This document shows, piece after piece, positions 52,455 to 55,742 of a stretch of DNA of 55,742 bases; within the stretch, counting starts at the first letter, position 1, and each line of letters opens with the position of its first letter. Source of the stretch: Priapulus caudatus (taxonomy: Eukaryota); assembly GCF_000485595.1 (NCBI RefSeq), contig NW_014577074.1:743110-798851 (forward strand), written 5' to 3'. Below the pieces are notes generated by a model. The model ran no database searches, was not told where the DNA came from, and saw nothing but the letters and a program-made list of their open reading frames with translations. Made by a program: the position numbers and the translations under genes.

Positions 52455-53371
52455 TCTAAATCTATATTTCAGTTCATATGTATGTATATTATGTCTGCCC
52501 ATGGCCGCCAAACCGCCAAGCGATCTGGATCAATTTTCAGACGTATTTCCTATACCGCGGGAGGTTCCTAGACAAACAAAAATCAACAACAAAAATCAAA
52601 GTTAAAAGTTAAAAATTGAATAACAATGCAATAAAATGGCTGGTGCTACAGATTACATGACCTACGTTGATCCATGGTGTATACGCTAACGGCGTCAGTG
52701 CTTAAATCGCTAGAACATTCCGTCTCCTACACCGAGATTCCGGTTTCGATCTCGCCCTCGGGACNNNNNNNNNNNNNNNNNNNNNNNNNNNNNNNNNNNN
52801 NNNNNNNNNNNNNNNNNNNNNNNNNNNNNNNNNNNNNNNNNNNNNNNNNNNNNNNNNNNNNNNNNNNNNNNNNNNNNNNNNNNNNNNNNNNNNNNNNNNN
52901 NNNNNNNNNNNNNNNNNNNNNNNNNNNNNNNNNNNNNNNNNNNNNNNNNNNNNNNNNNNNNNNNNNNNNNNNNNNNNNNNNNNNNNNNNNNNNNNNNNNN
53001 NNNNNNNNNNNNNNNNNNNNNNNNNNNNNNNNNNNNNNNNNNNNNNNNNNNNNNNNNNNNNNNNNNNNNNNNNNNNNNNNNNNNNNNNNNNNNNNNNNNN
53101 NNNNNNNNNNNNNNNNNNNNNNNNNNNNNNNNNNNNNNNNNNNNNNNNNNNNNNNNNNNNNNNNNNNNNNNNNNNNNNNNNNNNNNNNNNNNNNNNNNNN
53201 NNNNNNNNNNNNNNNNNNNNNNNNNNNNNNNNNNNNNNNNNNNNNNNNNNNNNNNNNNNNNNNNNNNNNNNNNNNNNNNNNNNNNNNNNNNNGGTATTTT
53301 CCTTTCAACCAAGCGGTCACCAACTGAGTAAGGCCACTGATTTCCCCGGGCAACGCCGGGTATCCCGCTAG
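52455..53371 (+). mobile_element. Non-autonomous Helitron (3' end clear, 5' end tentative, spans a gap)
   Basis: 3' hairpin CCCGGGCAACGCCGGG followed 7 nt later by CTAG|T at 53368-53372; candidate A|TC 5' end at 52455 in a TA run. Linkage across the gap is assumed. Confidence 0.6.
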
Positions 53372-53426
53372 TATATATATATAGGGACCCTATTATCTAC
53401 TTCTGATATATATATATATATAATTT

Positions 53427-53807
53427 CAGGGGTCGAAATTCGCTATATAGTGATTGCGCAAAACAAGTGTTTTTCCCCGAACGCAAGCGATGTTTGGTAC
53501 GCGTTTGCGGCTGTCGCAAATCAACAATATGCTGGCTATACTTACGTATTTAGAAGTCAGACCCATGTTTTTTTTATTTCTGTCAGTTTGACAAGATCTA
53601 TGACAGTCACACTGACTCTGAATCAGAGCAGGAAGACACAGAATACATAGAATAAATCATAAACTAAAACAGGGGGAAAGGGAAGGGGTACTGCCAGTTT
53701 GGAGAGCAACAGAGGGTAGGTGCAAGTAAAAATCTCTTGGCGCAAGTAATTGTTTAACCTAACTTGCGGCATGCGCAAGTGTTTTTTTTTAGCGAATTTC
53801 GACCCTG
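53427..53807. mobile_element. hAT-type MITE
   Basis: TIR CAGGG(G)TCGAAATTCGCTA at both ends; 8-bp TSD TATAATTT / TATAATAT. Confidence 0.8.
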
Positions 53808-55742
53808 TATAATATATACAGGAGTCTATCAAAATCTATTTTGATAGACTCCTGATATATATCATATCCCTGCTATGATGAACGTGCACCCTCGCCCTGA
53901 AGTTTACTTAAATTAAAGCACTTTGCCAAAGGCATAGGTCGCATAGGCCACGTACGTACTAAATATTTAAAAACGGTATATATCGACATGTACACGGTCA
54001 TCAACTAACGGCAACGTATAGACTGTCTACCAACCGGTCTCATTTCTTCCATACAGAGATATGCATGACCACATGCAAAACGCGATGCACTGATCTCTAA
54101 ATTCATCACCTAGATTTATCGGTATCCCTGTCGCATTTTTGTGAAGCCCTTTCAAGTTTCACGCGATACCAACATCATTAGTCATACTCCGTGCCTGCCT
54201 GCACGTGTAAACTCACACATCCTCTAGGCGGTGGCATACTGGCCGTAATAAGGAAGCCATCAACTGCATTCTATTTGCTAGTCGGTTAGAAATTGCTGCC
54301 GTAGATGAACACATAAATCAGGAGGCTTCGCGAATCGCGGTTCACAACTGCTGAGGCGCAGTAGGGATGCAGAGGCGCGCGCGTGTATAGAGATCCGACG
54401 TTACACGACGACACACGATTCTCCTACTCTGCAAGGCCATAAATACACGAAAGCACCCGGGCTATATATTCGATGCGACAATCTACGGATGCAATGCACG
54501 CCGACCACCAACATGACTCGACCGTCCTGATAGCAAATCATTGGCTAATGATAACCGATTAGAATTCCCTAGTACTGCAGCTATTGTCTCTTAACAATCC
54601 CAAACTGCATTAACATGGAAATTACATGGTGATGTATATATATGCACGTTTTGGAGGTAAAATATAGTGAACAAGGCGGCAACAAAATTAGCACATATAT
54701 GCAATGTTTAGAATGTGCTTTATTCCAAATAGAATAAAGGTCGTATGGTCGAAATTATAATCAAAATTACATGGATGCATTAGTACTTAGAAGAGTCTTC
54801 TATTAGTTCTAAATTTCTTCACCTAATTTTTCAAGTAGAAATAACCCTATTTTTACCATGATTGTTTAGTGAAATGTTAAATAAATTCACAATAAATGCT
54901 ATTGGGTGTGGCTGTTCTACTCTCATACCTAAATGTCAATGCCGAAATATTTACTATGAGTACACGTATGCACGAATATATATATGTATACCTTATACAC
55001 GTGGCTTCTTGTTTTTTTTAAACAACAAAATGGTGACTTGGCTGCTTGACTGCGTACATACATCCATTATTACCAGCTTTACACAGATCACTGTGTGACT
55101 GATCATTATCACTGAATTCTAGCCGCACCTCAGTGAATGACCGATGCATCCGCTACCATTCAAATTTTACACAGCCTGTTTTAAAAAGATAAATTCTGAA
55201 ACTAAAGAATTCGCCATCTGTGTGACTACTGCTCGAGTCTCGGGCCGCCGGTGAGGAAGAGTCGGGGCTGATTCTGCGCAGATACAGTTACATGTACGGC
55301 TTGCTCGGTAACTAAAGCAAAAAAAACTCCGCATACAGCAGCAGCAGCAGCGGCGGCAGCAAACGGCGCACCTCGCAGCCCACATATAACCGTACTTCAT
55401 CACACTAGCGAGGCAATAATCTCATTCATTTGCATTCATGCATATATAACAAGAGTAGATAATAACACAAGAGTGAGACACCCGATTCCTGCATTTTTAA
55501 CCGATTTTTCTCATCAAAATTTGCCACCAATAAAGAAGCAAGTGTATGTACGTTCCTCAGCTTATTATGACCACTAAGGCCAAAACAAAATATATGTGTG
55601 GTTCCCGTTACATGCCGAAAAAATAGGGTAGGTAGGTAGGGAAAACATTTTATATTCTTGAAATATTTTATTTACAAACCATGTCCGCAGGATGTGCGTT
55701 GTGCCTTTTGAAGCAGGAACTTAAAGAATTTTAAATTTAAAA

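Noticed and set aside
37450..55742. First C1a exon (expected H-x-F-x-K-K-T-F-H-K-P-T-Y-C...W-G type motif)
   Set aside because: Not found by eye on the minus strand; it may lie beyond the window or in a gap. TBLASTN with an orthologue would settle it.

Overview
Eukaryotic (invertebrate-animal-like) genomic DNA from a draft assembly with six N-gaps (24215-25071, 26688-26961, 33418-34408, 38577-39061, 40636-41478, 52765-53292). The window appears to lie inside one minus-strand gene, a diacylglycerol kinase theta (DGKQ/DGK-1 type). I spliced nine phase-consistent GT-AG coding exons by hand (37444 down to 4366, 1003 nt). They encode the end of C1a, C1b, C1c with its DGK-specific extension, and a Ras-association-like region. 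The first exon(s) and the catalytic exons were not found and probably lie outside the window. The introns (one is 22.9 kb) are full of non-autonomous mobile elements: a complete 2.1-kb non-coding LTR element, hAT, PIF/Harbinger and Tc1/mariner-type MITEs, a 247-bp-arm foldback, a tRNA-derived SINE, a Helitron 3' end and a dispersed family of tiny palindromes, plus mini- and microsatellites. The most unusual signal is the LTR element's primer-binding region, which matches both the 3' end and the 5' end of one tRNA-Ala (a candidate bipartite PBS). Almost all long ORFs in the supplied track are repeat or gap artefacts. Family assignments come from structure and recall, not from database searches.
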